The position numbers and the translations under genes were made by a program. From the NCBI GenBank assembly GCA_964016885.1, contig OZ024743.1, forward strand, positions 242,544,001 to 242,608,000: a stretch of 64,000 bases of DNA. Direction: 5' to 3'. A model generated the notes under the pieces. It had not been told where the DNA came from and searched no databases. It was given only the letters and a program-made list of their open reading frames with translations. Source of the DNA: Eledone cirrhosa (taxonomy: Eukaryota). Shown here piece by piece: positions 41,547 through 55,730 of the stretch (positions within the stretch are counted from its first letter, which is position 1; the number at the start of each line of letters is the position of its first letter).

Positions 41547-43768
41547 GAAATTACTGAGACATCGTAAGATGTATATAAATGTTTAGTATATAGACATGTA
41601 GACATGCCAAATATACATATACGTATTTCCCCGTAAATTCACGCGTCAATACAAAAGGTATCATTGTGTTAAGACACGAACTGAGTAGACGTATGATTTA
41701 GTGTTCTGCAGCAACACACACAACCACATGTGACTACTCACTGAAAACGAAATCATATAATTGGAATATTTATTCATCGAAAATGAAATCAAATATTTGA
41801 AATATTTATCCAAACCAAAACCTGTAGCTCTGTCAGAAGATCCACAGCCTATCTACAAATAGAAGCTTGATGTCGACCAGCATTTAAATATTTCCAGAGC
41901 TTCATTACTGGATAAAGCATTTAACTTTAAGACATTCTCCGAAATACAATAGATATGCTTGGTGTGACCTGTAGAGCCCAAATAGATTAAGGTTGTTAGC
42001 CAAGTTGTTTATAGGGAGTTATTCAAAGTAAGTTCTTTGTATTTGCAGTAAAGGAATTGTGGGGGAAAATATCATCTTCTCTCTTCCTTCGGCCTGCTCG
42101 ACTCGCGTGAATGCTGGTAAATTTCACTTCAACATTCAAGTGTCAGTATATATATATGTATGTGTGTGTGAGCGGGTAAGTGTGTGTGGGGGGCGGGAGT
42201 GTGTATGTGTGTACTTAACAAAGTGAAATTAGGTGTTTTTATCTGTCTTAACCATACACCAAATTCCCATTGCTGAATCAAAAAATCAAAGCGCGTTGCA
42301 ATTCAAGATACGGCATCACTTTGCATCATCCCTACTTCATCGACTTTCTGTACACCTCTCTCTCTCTCTATCTATCTATCTCTATCTATCTATCTATCGT
42401 TATTACACTTTCTCTCGCCCTCTCATCCTCTCTCTCTCTCTCCTTCTCTCACTCTCCCTTTCCTTCTACCTCTCTCCCTCTCTCTCCCCTCTCTATCTCT
42501 ATCTATCTCTATCTCTATCTATTATCGCTATCTATCTATCTCCCAAGATCAGATGCAACAGCTGAAGAATGTGTGTGAGGTTATGTAATAATAATTATCA
42601 ATGAGAATAGAAATGCTCCAGAAACCATCAATTGATTCCAATACCTCAAACATAGAAAGCGACAAGCAATCCTTGTGTTTCTAACTCAACCTAATCTCCT
42701 GGCCGTGTCTCTGACTTTGGAGAATATTTCAATAACCACCAACACAGTCAGCAATCAATAATGCCAGCAACATCAACACCACCAACACAACCTGCAGCTA
42801 ATACTGCCAGCAACACCAACATCATATAACCACACCACTAAAGCCAACAACACCAACACCAGCGTCACCAACATCAACTACACCATACAACGATGCCACA
42901 ACACCACCATACTGTGGTGAGTGAGGGAAGTTGTGAGTGAGTGAATCAGTAGTGAGTAAGTGAGAGAAGCTGTGGGCGAATGATTAGTGAGAAAGTGGTT
43001 GAATGAGTGGGTGAAGAAGTGAGTGAATAAAGGAGTGAATGAGTGAACGAACGAGCAAGTGAGTGAAGGAGTGAGTAAGAGAGTGAGTGAGTGAATGAGT
43101 GAGTGAGTGAATCGAGGGAAGTTGTGAGTGAATGAGTAGTAAGAAAATGGGTGAATGAGTGAGTGAAGGGTTGATTGAGTGACTGAACGAGCAAATGAGT
43201 GAAGGGGTGGGGATGTGAGTGAGTGGGTCAGTCAGTGAGTTAGTCAGTCAATGAGTAAGTGATCAAATGAGTGAGTGAGCGAATGAGTGGATGAATGAAA
43301 GAATGAAATACAACATGAAAGCCCATCGTTTTTCAATCATGGCCGCCACTTTAAGACTCACTGCATCAAATGGTTTGTAAACTATTTTCATTTTAACACT
43401 TTACCTCCAAATCACCCTAGTAAGATCATTTATAGTTTTACCTATTCTTCTACTTCACTGGTTCTTCCTTATATACACGTGTGTAAGTGTGTATGTGTGT
43501 GTGGGTATGGGTGTGTTTGTATGGCTACATACATATTTATATAGAGATATATACGCGCACATACACGTTTATGCGGAGGAAGTGGCCAAAGCACCTACAG
43601 AGTTATTTCAACCCCTGATGAGACATCGACTCCGGCATTGGAGTATAACAGCGCCTTCAGCACACATGTGTTTACGAAGCATGTTAAAATGTATGTGCAT
43701 GTATACGCATGTCTGTGTTTATCGATATATATTACACACATACAAACACGCACAAACACGCACACGCA

Positions 43769-43822
<54 letters not shown>

Positions 43823-43843
43823 TATAGATAGATAGATAGATGG

Positions 43844-43886
<43 letters not shown>

Positions 43887-44342
43887 TATATACAAAATAT
43901 AAAACAATCAAATCTTAGTTTAATACATTTAATTGCTGACAATTGTTTCTTGTTTCTTCCAGACGAATGTCTGGATTCATCGGAGCATGTATCGCGGCTC
44001 TCTAATACATTTGATAATTTACATTGAACCTTTTCTATTACCGGTAATTGGCTAGTGCTTATGATTATTTATGATTATATATAAAACATATATAAGTATA
44101 AATATTATTATTATTACTATATATATATATATATTTCGCTTCTGTATCTTTTATATCTCCATAGTTAATTTATTTGGCAATCAATGTTTATTATTGATTG
44201 ACCAGCAGTTAAAAATACAGATATAAACATATATATATAGTCTATCAAAGTTGTTTCGTCGCACATCTGCAACATCATCAGTGGTACTATTATGTTTCCG
44301 CCATTGTATTGTAATGTCTACGCCATTTTTATCTAATTTATT

Positions 44343-44910
44343 AGATCGGCCTGATTTGCATATTAGCAGACCGGCTGATCAGTCAGATTTGCATATTAGC
44401 AGATCCACTGATCAGCCAGATTTACATATCAGCAGACTGGCCAATCAGTTTCCTGTATACGAGCCATAAATGGCCGGCTTTTCCTCATTCAAATTAAAAA
44501 AAGAAAATTTTCGCTCTACATGTCTGAATACAATAAATGTAATCTGAGTTTTTTGACTATTAATAATAACATTTGATTCGTTTGCAATTATGCAAACAAG
44601 CCTCATTTTTATAGCCTGCTAATATCTAAATAGCCTGCTAATATGCAAATCAGGCCGATCAGTCACTGTATATTTTAGAAAATAGCATATATTTTCACTA
44701 GCTCTGACAGTTGACAGGTGAACAGTGAGCTGTACTGATGTGGGTGATACCCAGAAACATTGGTGTCTGCAGTTCTGTTTACATGCCAACACAAGAGCAA
44801 GAATGAAGGGTTCATTCTACTGACATGGTTATAAACATGAGGCTTCTTTGCATAATTGCAAACGAATCGAATGTTATTATTAATATTCGAAAAACTCAGA
44901 TTACATTTAT

Positions 44911-44912
<2 letters not shown>
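44343..44912. mobile_element. Family A inverted pair spanning the monomer junction
   Basis: 44343-44610 matches ~7075-7235 joined directly to ~6683-6785. 44630-44912 matches ~7390-7668. Confidence 0.85.
44727..44775 (+). ncRNA. Hammerhead (family A) with one core A missing
   Basis: GAGCTGTA-CTGATG-TGGGT gat ACCCA-GAAA-CATTGGTG-TC-TGCAGTTC. Confidence 0.65.
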
Positions 44913-44954
<42 letters not shown>

Positions 44955-44963
<9 letters not shown>

Positions 44964-46900
44964 TTGTAGTTCCTGTCTGTTTGTTTGTTCACGAACTCCT
45001 CCTATGGGTTTGGAGATAGACCCCCTAATGGGGGTTAAATCCCCTATAGTGAAAATTTTGGAAACCCAAATAAAATAATGCTTTACACAAAAATGAAATG
45101 ATCAAATTTTGAATTGGTATTTTGAAAAAAATTATTTACAAGAAATAAAATAAGAATAAGATTTAATAATGTAATTTTGATTTGATATGTTACAAAAAAT
45201 AATGTTTTCCAATTGTTCATACATTACATTTTACATTGAGTAATATTGAAATGCAGAGTTTTTCTGCATAAATTATATCACTAATTTAAAACAATCATCA
45301 TTATCTTACAAAAAAAATGTGTGAAACGCAGCAAGGCGCGGGTAAGTCGGCTAGTATATAAAGTTGTAGTTCCTGTCTGTTTTTTTGTTTGTTTGTTCAC
45401 GAACTCCTCCTATGGTTTTGGAAATAGACCCCCATAACCATATATATTCTGAAACTACATTGCCCAGGGTACTTGGATAAGTATATTTCATTTTAATCAA
45501 AGGGTTCCCCAGTGGCACAAACCCCCGCTGAAAAGTTTTTCTCTTCGATTTATATGAAATTTAAACGATAGGTAAATGACAAGATATGATGCCTATTCAC
45601 AAAATGTCAGCAAATTTCAATAATATTAAGACACCCTAATGAGGGTTGAGCCCCCCCCCCCCCTCGCCCTGTCTGTTTTTTGGGGGGAGGGTTGTTTGTT
45701 TGTTCACGAACTCCTCCTATGGTTTTGGAGATAGACCCCCACCCCACCCCCATAACCACATATATTCTGAAACTACATTTTCCAGGGTACTTGGATAAGT
45801 ATATTTCATTTTAATCAAAGGGTCCCCCGGGGAGGGGCTTCCCGGGGCACAAACCCCCGCTGAAAATCTTTTACCTTCGAGTTATATGAAATTTAAACCA
45901 TAGGTAACTGACAGAGTATGATGTCTATTCACAAAATTTCAGCAAATTTCAATAATATTAAGACACCCTAATGGGGATTAAACCCCTATAGTGAAAATGT
46001 TGGTAAATAAATGAAACAAGATGTGTTGTAACAAGATTGCATGAGAACTTGATTGAAGCAACCAATATATTCGGGGCTTACAAATGTCAAGCTCTTCTCA
46101 TTCCGAAGATTCCACTTATACCAAGTGATAGCTAGTTGAGTTTTACATTTAAGAGGCTGCAGTTCCCAATGAGTCCATGTTTTGCCATGAGCATCAATAA
46201 GAGTCAAGATCAAACTTTCAAAACTATTGGTATAGATCTGACAAACCCATGTTTCAGTCATGGCATGTTTTATGTGGCTGTTTCAAGGACTGGAACTTCA
46301 AAAAATCTTTACATTTTAACCAATCAAGAAATGTTGTTTATCCTGAAGTTCTTCATTAGGACAAAGTATGGAATATATTTTCATGTATTTATTATGTTAA
46401 AAAATAAATAATTAAACTTTGAATTTCTAATTAGAAATAATGCTATACACAAAAATGAAATGAACAAGTTTTGAAATGATATTTTTTTTTTTTATTATTT
46501 ACAAGAAACGAAATAAGAATAAGATTTAATAATGTAATTTTGATTTGATATATTACAAAAAATAATTGTTTCTACTTTTGGCACAAGGCCAGCAATTACC
46601 CAGTGCATTACTGGTACTTTATTTTATCTACCCCGTAAGGATGAAAGGCAAAGTTAACCTCGGCAGGATTTGGACTCAGAATGACAAGGACCGTAACTCT
46701 GTACGTCAAAGCATGGCGTCCGACCCTCTACTGATACTGCCAATCCATGTTTCCCAATTTTTCATGCATTACAATTTACATTGAGTAATATTGGAATGCA
46801 GAGTTTTTCTCCATAAATTATATCACTGATTTAAAAGCAATCATCCTTTTCGTACGAACAAAATGTGTGAAACGCAGCAAGGCGCGGATAATTCGGCTAG
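44955..46900 (+). mobile_element. Two tandem non-autonomous Helitron copies, the second with a helicase remnant and a nested SINE
   Basis: Shared 5' part TGTAGTTCCTGTCTGTTT..CACGAACTCCTCCTATGG. 3' ends GCAGCAAGGCGCGG..TCGGCTAG|T at ~45354 and 46899. Confidence 0.8.
46090..46325 (+). pseudogene. Helitron PIF1-like helicase C-terminal fragment
   Basis: LIPKIPLIPS..FTFKRLQFPMSPCFAMSINKSQDQTF..IGIDL..PCFSHGMFYVAVSR. Confidence 0.9.
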
Positions 46901-46904
46901 TGAA

Positions 46905-46943
46905 TATATATATATATATACATATATATATTTATATATATAC

Positions 46944-47029
<86 letters not shown>

Positions 47030-47038
47030 GTATATACA

Positions 47039-47078
<40 letters not shown>

Positions 47079-47129
47079 CATATATGTATATATATACATA
47101 TATATATATACATATATGTATATATATAC

Positions 47130-47166
<37 letters not shown>

Positions 47167-47211
47167 CATATATGTATATATATACATATATACATATATG
47201 TATATATATAC

Positions 47212-47260
<49 letters not shown>

Positions 47261-47314
47261 TGTATATATATACATATATATATATATACATATATGTATA
47301 TATATACATATATG

Positions 47315-47380
<66 letters not shown>

Positions 47381-47436
47381 TGTATATATATACATATATA
47401 TATATATACATATATGTATATATATACATATATGTA

Positions 47437-47514
<78 letters not shown>

Positions 47515-47568
47515 TGTATATATATACATATATATATATATACATATATGTATATATATACATATATG

Positions 47569-47632
<64 letters not shown>

Positions 47633-47687
47633 TGCATATATATATATACACATATATATATATATATACATACATATATGTATATAT

Positions 47688-47734
<47 letters not shown>
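46905..47734. repeat. (TA)n/(TACA) microsatellite followed by (GATA)n
   Basis: Seen directly; (GATA)n at 47690-47734. Confidence 0.95.
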
Positions 47735-47735
<1 letters not shown>

Positions 47736-47949
47736 ATTTCTAATTATTTGCCACGAGGGCACAAAAGAAGGGGACAAATACACAGTGGGGGAGTTTACAT
47801 AAATCGAGTAAAGAAAAAGGAATAACAATAATAATAAAAAGTCCTCAAAAGGGAGGGGGCGTGTTCGGGATTGCACATACCCCCGAAAAGTGTGCAACCC
47901 TTTTCGCGGGGGAAGCCCAGAGAGGAGGCGCTCCCCCTTTCCTCTTCAC

Positions 47950-50900
47950 TTCTTCACCTACAGAACAATGTAGAGAGAAGGCCCATTTACACGAGCCATT
48001 CTCGCTTCTTTCACCCACCTTTCATAAAACTGTCTGGGGCCAAGCACTTCTCTCTCCATCCTGATCCTTCTTCCGAAGTGGTATCAGAAGAAGTAAACCA
48101 GGTGATGGCCGGAGAGAAAGTCACCCGACCTCAGACCTTTCAGGCGCGTCCACCACACAACCTCTTTCATCATGGCTATTACGCACAGAAAGACCGCCTC
48201 TGCTTCGTTTCTGAAGGGAGGCGGCGGCTTGATGTTCACCACAGACTCGGCGGTTAATCAAATCGGCGCCACACGCGACAGCAGTCGTTCGACGTAGCCC
48301 CACAGATCGGCAACGCCCGGGCAGTGTACCAGTGCATGCGCAACGGTTTCCTCGTCGCGCACGCATCTGGGACAGATCTTTTTCGCTGGATCCCTGCCCG
48401 GGCGCCCGTGTCTGTAGAGCTTTTCTCGAACGGGCAGAGCCCCCCGGTAACACTGCCAGGCTACGGACCTCTGGAAGTTGTCCATGGGTCCCGGGCCGAA
48501 AGTTCTACCGAACAGGCTGGCCAGTTCGTCCTCCTCCATGCCTAGCGACTCTCCAAGGGTGTCGTCGCCCCTGCTAGCCACCAGCCCTCTATAGAATGTC
48601 GAGGTGGATTCTCTACTGACGGTCGGGTCCGCTTGCCAGATAGCCGTGAGCGCCTGGGCACACTCGGTGTGCCAGTTGCCCAGTTTTCTCGGTCTTTGCT
48701 TCACCCAGGATTGCAGCTCGCTGAGCGAGACGAGCTGTGGGAAGGCTCGCCTCACAAACGGGGCCCACACCGGCTGACCGGTGAGGAATACCTGTAGATG
48801 CCGTAGCCTCAATGCGTGCCTACGCATCAACAGCCACGGCATACCCAGCCCTCCTTTCGAAGGGTGCTGGCAGCAGATGGATCTCCTCACCATGGGAGGC
48901 CGCTTCTTCCAGAGGACCTGGAAGAGCATGCGTTCCATGATGGTGATCTTTTCCTTGGGGCAAGGCACGACGGTCAGGCGGTAGCAGATGACGGACGCTA
49001 TGTAAGCGTTCGTCACCTCCGCCCGACCTTTCAGTGATAGTTTGCACTTGGCCCACTTCTGGGTCAGCGCAAACACCCTGCTCGTCACCTCGCCCAAATT
49101 CTTCTCCACCTGGAGGTCCGGTCCGAACCAGACCCCGAGCAGCTTCACCGGGCCCTCCGTCCACCGCCCGACGACACCGTCTAACGGCATCGGTTTGCCC
49201 CTCCACGTTCCGAGTTGCAAACTGACTGACTTGTCCCGGTTCAGCCTAGCCCCCGTCAGCCTTTCGTATTCCTCCAGTAGGGTGGCGATCGCCCCGATTT
49301 CCGAGGCGTCCGCCACCATTACTGTTACGTCGTCGGCATAGGCCGAGACCGCTTTGTGCAATCCCGGTTCCAGGGGTATGCTCCGCAGCAACTCCAACTT
49401 CCGCAGCAGTGGCTCGAGAGTCAATACGTACAGAAGGGAGGAGAGGGGGCACCCCTGTCTGATGGACCGGGTGATTTGAAACGGCTCCGAGAGGTAGCCG
49501 TTTACTTTAATCCTAGAGTAGATGTTGCCACTGTGCATGGCAGAAATCCAGCCCCTGAAAACGGGTCCGAAGCCCGCCGCCGCTAGCACCGCATCCAGGT
49601 AACCATGGTCGACCCTATCGAACGCCTTAGATTGATCCAAGTTGATCAGGGCCCCACCAAAGCCGGGTTCGTTGCCAACCCTCTCTATGATGTATCGCAT
49701 GAGGTGGAGGTTGTCGTGAATGGACCTGGACGGGATAGCGCATGTCTGCGCGTCTCCCACCAAACCACCCACCACAAGCGCCAACCTCTTCGCCAACACC
49801 TTGGCCAAAATCTGTAACTCTGCATTCAGCAGAGTTATGGGCCTAAAGTTACTTAAGTCGTCCCCCTTGCTCTCGTCCTTCCTCACTAGCGTGACCACGC
49901 CCTTGGTCACAGAACAGAGAATTCTCCCGTTCTGTTGCCAGTTGCAATAGACAGCCTCGAGGAGTTCGGAGAACAAGACCGGCATAGCTAAATAAATTTC
50001 GTATGGTAGACCATCGAGACCCGGAGATTTGCGTCTGCTGCATTGGTTGAGCGCTTCCCCGATTTCAGTGGCTGTGATTGGCCTTTCGCAGCACTCCGCT
50101 TCGCCGCTCGAAAGACGCGGTAGACCGTCGAGGTATGGACCGAAGTCCACATCCCAGTCCGGCCCCCCGCCCCCTCCGAACAGTCGAGCAAAGTGCCTTT
50201 GAAAGGCCTCGCACATCCGCTCAGGTTCAAGGATCACCCGTCCATCCTGGTCTCGCAAAGACCGAATGGTGGATTTAATCCCACTCTTGGCTTCTGTCAC
50301 GCGGGCCCAGCTAACAGCTTTGGTCCCCTCGTTTCCTAAAGCACGTATTTTACTTCGGACAACGCAGCCTTCGTGCTTCGCGTCAAAGAACTGGCTCAAC
50401 GCCGTTCTCGCCGCTAACACTCTGGCTACGCCTCCGCTCCTAATCGCCTATTCTAGTTTATCTGTTAACTCCCTTTCCTTCCTATTTCTATTCGCCGCTA
50501 GTTCCTTACTGTAACCTATCGAACTTACTCTAATCTCTCTCTTTAGAGATACCCACCACCTACTGTTGACGATCGCTCCCGTCAACCGCATCTTAACTAA
50601 GCTACTAATCCGGTTCCTGTAATCTTTCTTTGCCGGCAAGGACAAGTTCATCTTCCAGTAACCGGGACCCTGTCTATGCGTTCTATCAAGGTTGACCACG
50701 CAGGTCACTAATTTGTGATCTGAATAGCCAACCATGAACAATTCTGGACAACTAAATACGTCCCTATCCTTACTCCTAACCAAAAACCTATCTAGGTACG
50801 ATCTAGATTGTCCACTGCGGTTTGCCCAGGTCCAGGTTGGCGCAGTTGGACAATCTAGTCGAAATCTATCGACCAGGTCGAATCGATCGAGTAACCCCTT

Positions 50901-51390
50901 GAGGCTGCTACACCCACCTCTATCGGGACATGCCCCTGCATAGTCCCAACGCGCATCTAGGATTCCATTCCAGTCCCCCACTAAAAGCAGGGAACGCGAC
51001 GTTCCTAGAAAAGTCTCCAGTCGCTGGAAGAAGTCGGCTCTTTCAGCCCCGAAGGGGGCATAAAGACCGACCATTCTGAAAGCCCCGCCTTCACCGCCTC
51101 CGACGTCCAGCACCAGTAATCGACCCCCCGAGTCCGAGTGAACAATCTGTACGTCGAGAGCCAGACGTTTATCCAGCAGTACGGCAACCCCCCCCCCCCC
51201 CGCCTCCGGGTTGACAGAGAGATGCGTGCATCTCAAAGTCATCGAAGGCGGGAGCCAGCTGTCGCACGCTGCTGATCCGACTCTCGCAAACAACCATCAC
51301 ATCTATACTTCGTGACCTGAGGTCACTTAGTAGCTTTTCTTGCTTCCAAGCTGAGCCCAGGCCACGCGCGTTCAAACAGCCAACTCTCAA
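47950..51390 (-). pseudogene. LINE ORF2: AP endonuclease + reverse transcriptase + C-terminal Zn motif
   Basis: CLNARGL, GLYAP, LLVGDWN, SYLDRF, SDHKLV; KSPGLDGLP, NFRPITLLN, LDQSKAFDRV, IRQGCPLS, AYADDV; CPRC..EETVAHALVHC. Frameshift at the C-run ~51190, stop at 50448, frameshift ~48260. The 3' boundary is approximate. Confidence 0.93.
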
Positions 51391-51395
51391 TTGAT

Positions 51396-53187
51396 CTATT
51401 TTGGTGTTGAAAGTGAAGAAAGAAAAGCACCTACCTCTCCGGGCTGTGTAATTTCCATGGCGTCAGGTGTGTTGGGTGGAGGGATGTTTTGTGGTGGTGT
51501 GGGGGTGCCCGAGTGTGGTGGGGTTGAGGTGTTTGGAGTTGTGTCAGGGAGAGGGGAGGTTATGGGGAAATCTTTCAAGAGGACGCGATTTAACGGTTTT
51601 AAACAGGGGGGGGGGGGGGGGCTCACGTCCTGTCTAAATTGTTCTTTTAAGGAACGATAAAGGTCCAGAGGGACCTTTATCATTTTTAAATGGGTGAAGT
51701 TCTCTGTTGAGATAAAGTTTGGCCCTTCGGTCTGCACCAAAGGGCTATTGTTTATTAATTTAAACAGTTTTTTGTTTTCTTTATTTATATATGTGTATTG
51801 CAATGTCTTTTTTTGTGATGCTGTCAATGTTTCGGAGAGGGGAGGCGCAGATTTATTTTTGTTTGTTGAGGGTGGGGTGTTTTTTATTGGAGTTGGTGTT
51901 TGTGTGTGGGTTATTTGTGGTGTGCTGGGTGTGTGCTTTCTTTTTTTTTTTTTAACTTGTCTGAAGGCTTCTCCTCCTTCTTCTTCAGAAGTTGGGGGAA
52001 ACTCTTCAGCGCTAGGTGGGAGGGACGTCGTGTCTGGTTGTTTTTTTTTGCGGGAGGGGTAGATTTGTTGCTGTTTTTTTTATTATTTGTTTGGAATGCG
52101 TTTTGTGGTGGTGGTGGTGCTGTTTGTGTCGTGCTTGTGGTTGGTAATGGTGGTGGTGGTGTTTGTATTGGTGATGGTGGTGGTGATTTTTGTGTCGTGC
52201 TTGTGTTTGGTGCTGGTGGTGGTGATGTTTGTGTTGTGCTTGGTGGTGTTTGTATTTTGTTTGCTGTGTGTGGTATTAGTGTATTTTTGGAGGTGGGTGG
52301 TGTTGGTGTACTGTTTGTGGTGGGTGTGGGCAATAGTCCTTTTTGGGGGATACGTTTCGGGCAGTTAGCCTTAATGTGTCCCCTTTCCGTGCATAAATAG
52401 CATGCTGGTCTTCTCCCCTCTACAATTATATCTATTGGGGTGAGCTCATCCAGCCAGATGCGATCCGCGATTTGTGCTATTCTTTCGGGCCTCATTTGGA
52501 CTAGTAGGTCGAGGCCCATTCCCAGGAACGCATCTCCGGATGCCTTCCCCATTGACAGCACTGTGTCCTCGCCCATGTCTATGAAGCCAGCAATAGCCCA
52601 CCAGAAGTCCATTGTGGGCAGCATTGTTTGTATTTTTACTCTCTGTGTTCTTCTACCCATGTAGGAGGGATAGAAGCTGTATGTTGTCGATGAGAGTGGG
52701 CTTAGGGAAAGCTTCTCCGCCGTTTCCTTGTCTTTTGTTTGGACCGAAATGCTGCCATAGAGTCGGTCCTTTCGTATGAAGAGAATATTCTTCATATAGT
52801 CTTTTAGGACCAACTCTATCTCCATTTGGCTGGGCTGTGCTGGCTTTCTTGTTTGGTTTAGGATTGTTCTGAAGAGAACTGTGTTCTCTGTTCTCGCTTT
52901 CTTGAATTCTGGGGGGGGGGTTAATGGAAAACATTCCGTTCTCCCCCAAAACAATGTGTTTCTTTGCTTCGGCCAGTTTTTCTCTGGCGGCCGTTAGGTC
53001 AATTGGTGTGTATGCTTTGTTTGTTTTCCGTTTGCTCATTTTCCTTAACATTTGTTTTTTCATTTTCTTTGTTTGTTTCGTTGTCTAATTTTGTTGTAAT
53101 TATTTTTTGTTCTTCAGACTTGGGGGGCGTGGCAGAGCTAATGGCAGACATGTCTGCCATCCTGCCAAGAAAGAAATTTTTCGGCAA
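51396..53187 (-). pseudogene. LINE ORF1 (gag-like, zinc knuckle), frameshifted
   Basis: IIVEGRRPACYLCTERGHIKANCP with a Pro/Thr-rich tail. Split over several frames at homopolymer runs. Confidence 0.8.
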
Positions 53188-53591
53188 AAATAGATATTTA
53201 TTTTACCCCCTAAAAAGGGGGTAAATGCAAAAATGTTTCCCTAAATAACAGGGGTTAGTGTTCCAAATGTGTTGCACTGAAAAATTTATCCGGTACTTAC
53301 AATAGTAAGGGTAAATCCCGATGGAATAGCGGAGCCGATGTGAAGCGTGTCTTACTCTATCAAGATAGATAGATAGATAGATAGATAGATGTAACATTGT
53401 TGTGAGGTAAGCCAGATTTTCAAGGGAGCACCTCAGGGAAAGAGAGCTAACTAGACACGTCCGTAGCATGCGAGAGAATCTCAAAAAGGCGAATATATAT
53501 ATATATATATATATAATGAGGAATTAGTGATGCATCAAAACACAATTTATAATATAACGATATAATATCCAAGCATACTGCCCTATTTTTC

Positions 53592-53626
<35 letters not shown>

Positions 53627-53723
53627 AAAAAAAGATGAAATCGAAAATGCAACTGGAACCAAATAAATATATATATATTTTTTTAAATAAGACTCCAGTT
53701 GCATTTTCGATTTCATCTTTTTT

Positions 53724-53844
<121 letters not shown>

Positions 53845-54280
53845 TGGAGAGAGAGAGGGAGAGAGAGAGAGGGGGAGATTGCTAAATAGATGCATAGATA
53901 GATAGACATAGCGTGTGATGAGTGAGACAGATAGACAAGTAGAAAGAGGGGTAGAAAGTGTAAACTGCCATAAAGTTTGTTTCGACTAACAAAATATCTC
54001 GAAAAGGTATATTAGTGTATCTTTTCTCAGAAGACATAACTATAAGCAATCACTATATATACTTCCTCACATCCGGTATTCTATTACAAAGGGAGAGTGA
54101 GAGAGAAGGGAAGTAAGTAGAAGAATCAACCCCAATATTGGACTCATCTTCCTTTTTATTGACCTCGAAAGAGTGAAATACAAAATTGACCTCAGTTGGA
54201 TTTGAACTCAGTGCAGTGAGCACTACTCCGAGGCATAAACCGACTCTCTAACGACTCTATAATTCACCTTTTTTTCTCAC

Positions 54281-54351
54281 CTTCTGGACTGAATGTAAAT
54301 AGCAATTCGTCAGAGTGTTCTGTGTCTGACACAGCAAAAATCGTGTACTTT
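54281..54351 (-). CDS. Candidate 71-bp internal exon of an unidentified host gene
   Basis: Minus strand gtttttatttag|A AAG TAC ACG ... CCA GAA G|gtgag, reading KYTIFAVSDTEHSDELLFTFSPE, in non-repeat sequence. Confidence 0.35.
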
Positions 54352-54928
54352 CTAAATAAAAACTAAATAGACGTCGAACCTCCGATATTTTGACGATTCG
54401 TTTTCTCAATTTGCAATTCATCTTTTTGTCCGACAGAGACAGATTCGTCTTTTGACTGTTTTTCTCTATGGAATACCTTACCAGAAATAAATCTATGATA
54501 ATATTTCGAGGAAGTTTTAACAATGGAAATGATATAATACTATCATAATTAAACGGGAATGCAGCTTGGCTTCAGTATGTATAATGGACTGAGGCTAACC
54601 ACTAGACGATCGTAAATTCTATGCAAGTGTTTTTCTTAATCAAAGTGGCTATGTTGTACTGGAAGTTCATGAAGCAATTATATGTCTCATTATGATCCAA
54701 CATACACATCCGCAATATATTATAATAATTTTAATCAGAAAAATGTTTTTTGGTTCATTCCTGAGTTTTAGTTATTACCAAACATGTTGAATTTTTTCAT
54801 TTCTTTTACATTACGCGAAACATTTCATTCGCAAAAAAATGCATAATTGCATTGTATATTCATTAACTTCACGTTTCACTACTGGTGCTACACACACACA
54901 CGCGCGCAAATATATATATATATATATA

Positions 54929-55005
<77 letters not shown>

Positions 55006-55244
55006 AATAAAGTTAGTCCTTCATCAGTGATCTTCCAGCCTTCATTGGTATTTCATCGCTTTAAAGACCATATACCTCTGGTTGGTGCGAGCAACGGCTA
55101 AAGAAATCGTTGGGACACGTAAATAGGGGGAACGAGTGAGACAGTAAACAAACAAAGATGGTAATGCAACGAAAAGTGAGGAACAAGGAGTCAAGTCCCT
55201 GAAATCGATGAACATAAGTTCTGTAAAATTGTAGACGAGAGATA

Positions 55245-55295
<51 letters not shown>

Positions 55296-55730
55296 TACAT
55301 ACATATGTATTATTATTATCATTTTTATTGTTATTATTGTTGAGTTCAAATCCCGCTGAGGTTAGCTTTTGTCAGTATCGGTAGAGAGTGGGACGCTATG
55401 CTTTGCAGCATAGAGTTACGCCCCTTTACGGGGTCGATAAAATAAATACCACTGGGATCGCTTTAATCGACTTTCCCTTCCCACCAAATTACTGGCCTTG
55501 TACCTATATAAGAAACTTGTATAATTATTGGCGGGGAAATGGCAGTATCGGCAGAGCGTCGGACGCCATGCTTTCCAGCATAGTTACGTCCCTTTACGAT
55601 CTGAGTTCAAATCCCGTCGAGGTTAACTTTGCCTTTCATCCTTACGGGGTCGATAAAATAAAGTACCAGTAATGCACTGGGTAATTGCTGGCCTTGTGCC
55701 AAGAGTAGAAACAATTATTATTATTATTAT

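Larger units (their letters stand above)
47735..53363 (-). mobile_element. Near-full-length Tx1/L1-clade LINE flanked by (GATA)n on both sides
   Basis: ORF1 with CCHC knuckle plus ORF2 with APE-RT-CCHC. (GATA)n at 47690-47734 and 53364-53390. Confidence 0.9.

Noticed and set aside
41850-41970. Possible minus-strand terminal exon; other possible exons at ~14363 and ~43963 (+)
   Set aside because: Only acceptor-like signals and short open frames, with no recognisable protein similarity.
43610-43692. CTGATGA...GAAGCATGTT hammerhead candidate
   Set aside because: GAAA is altered and there is no stem I complement after the putative cleavage site.
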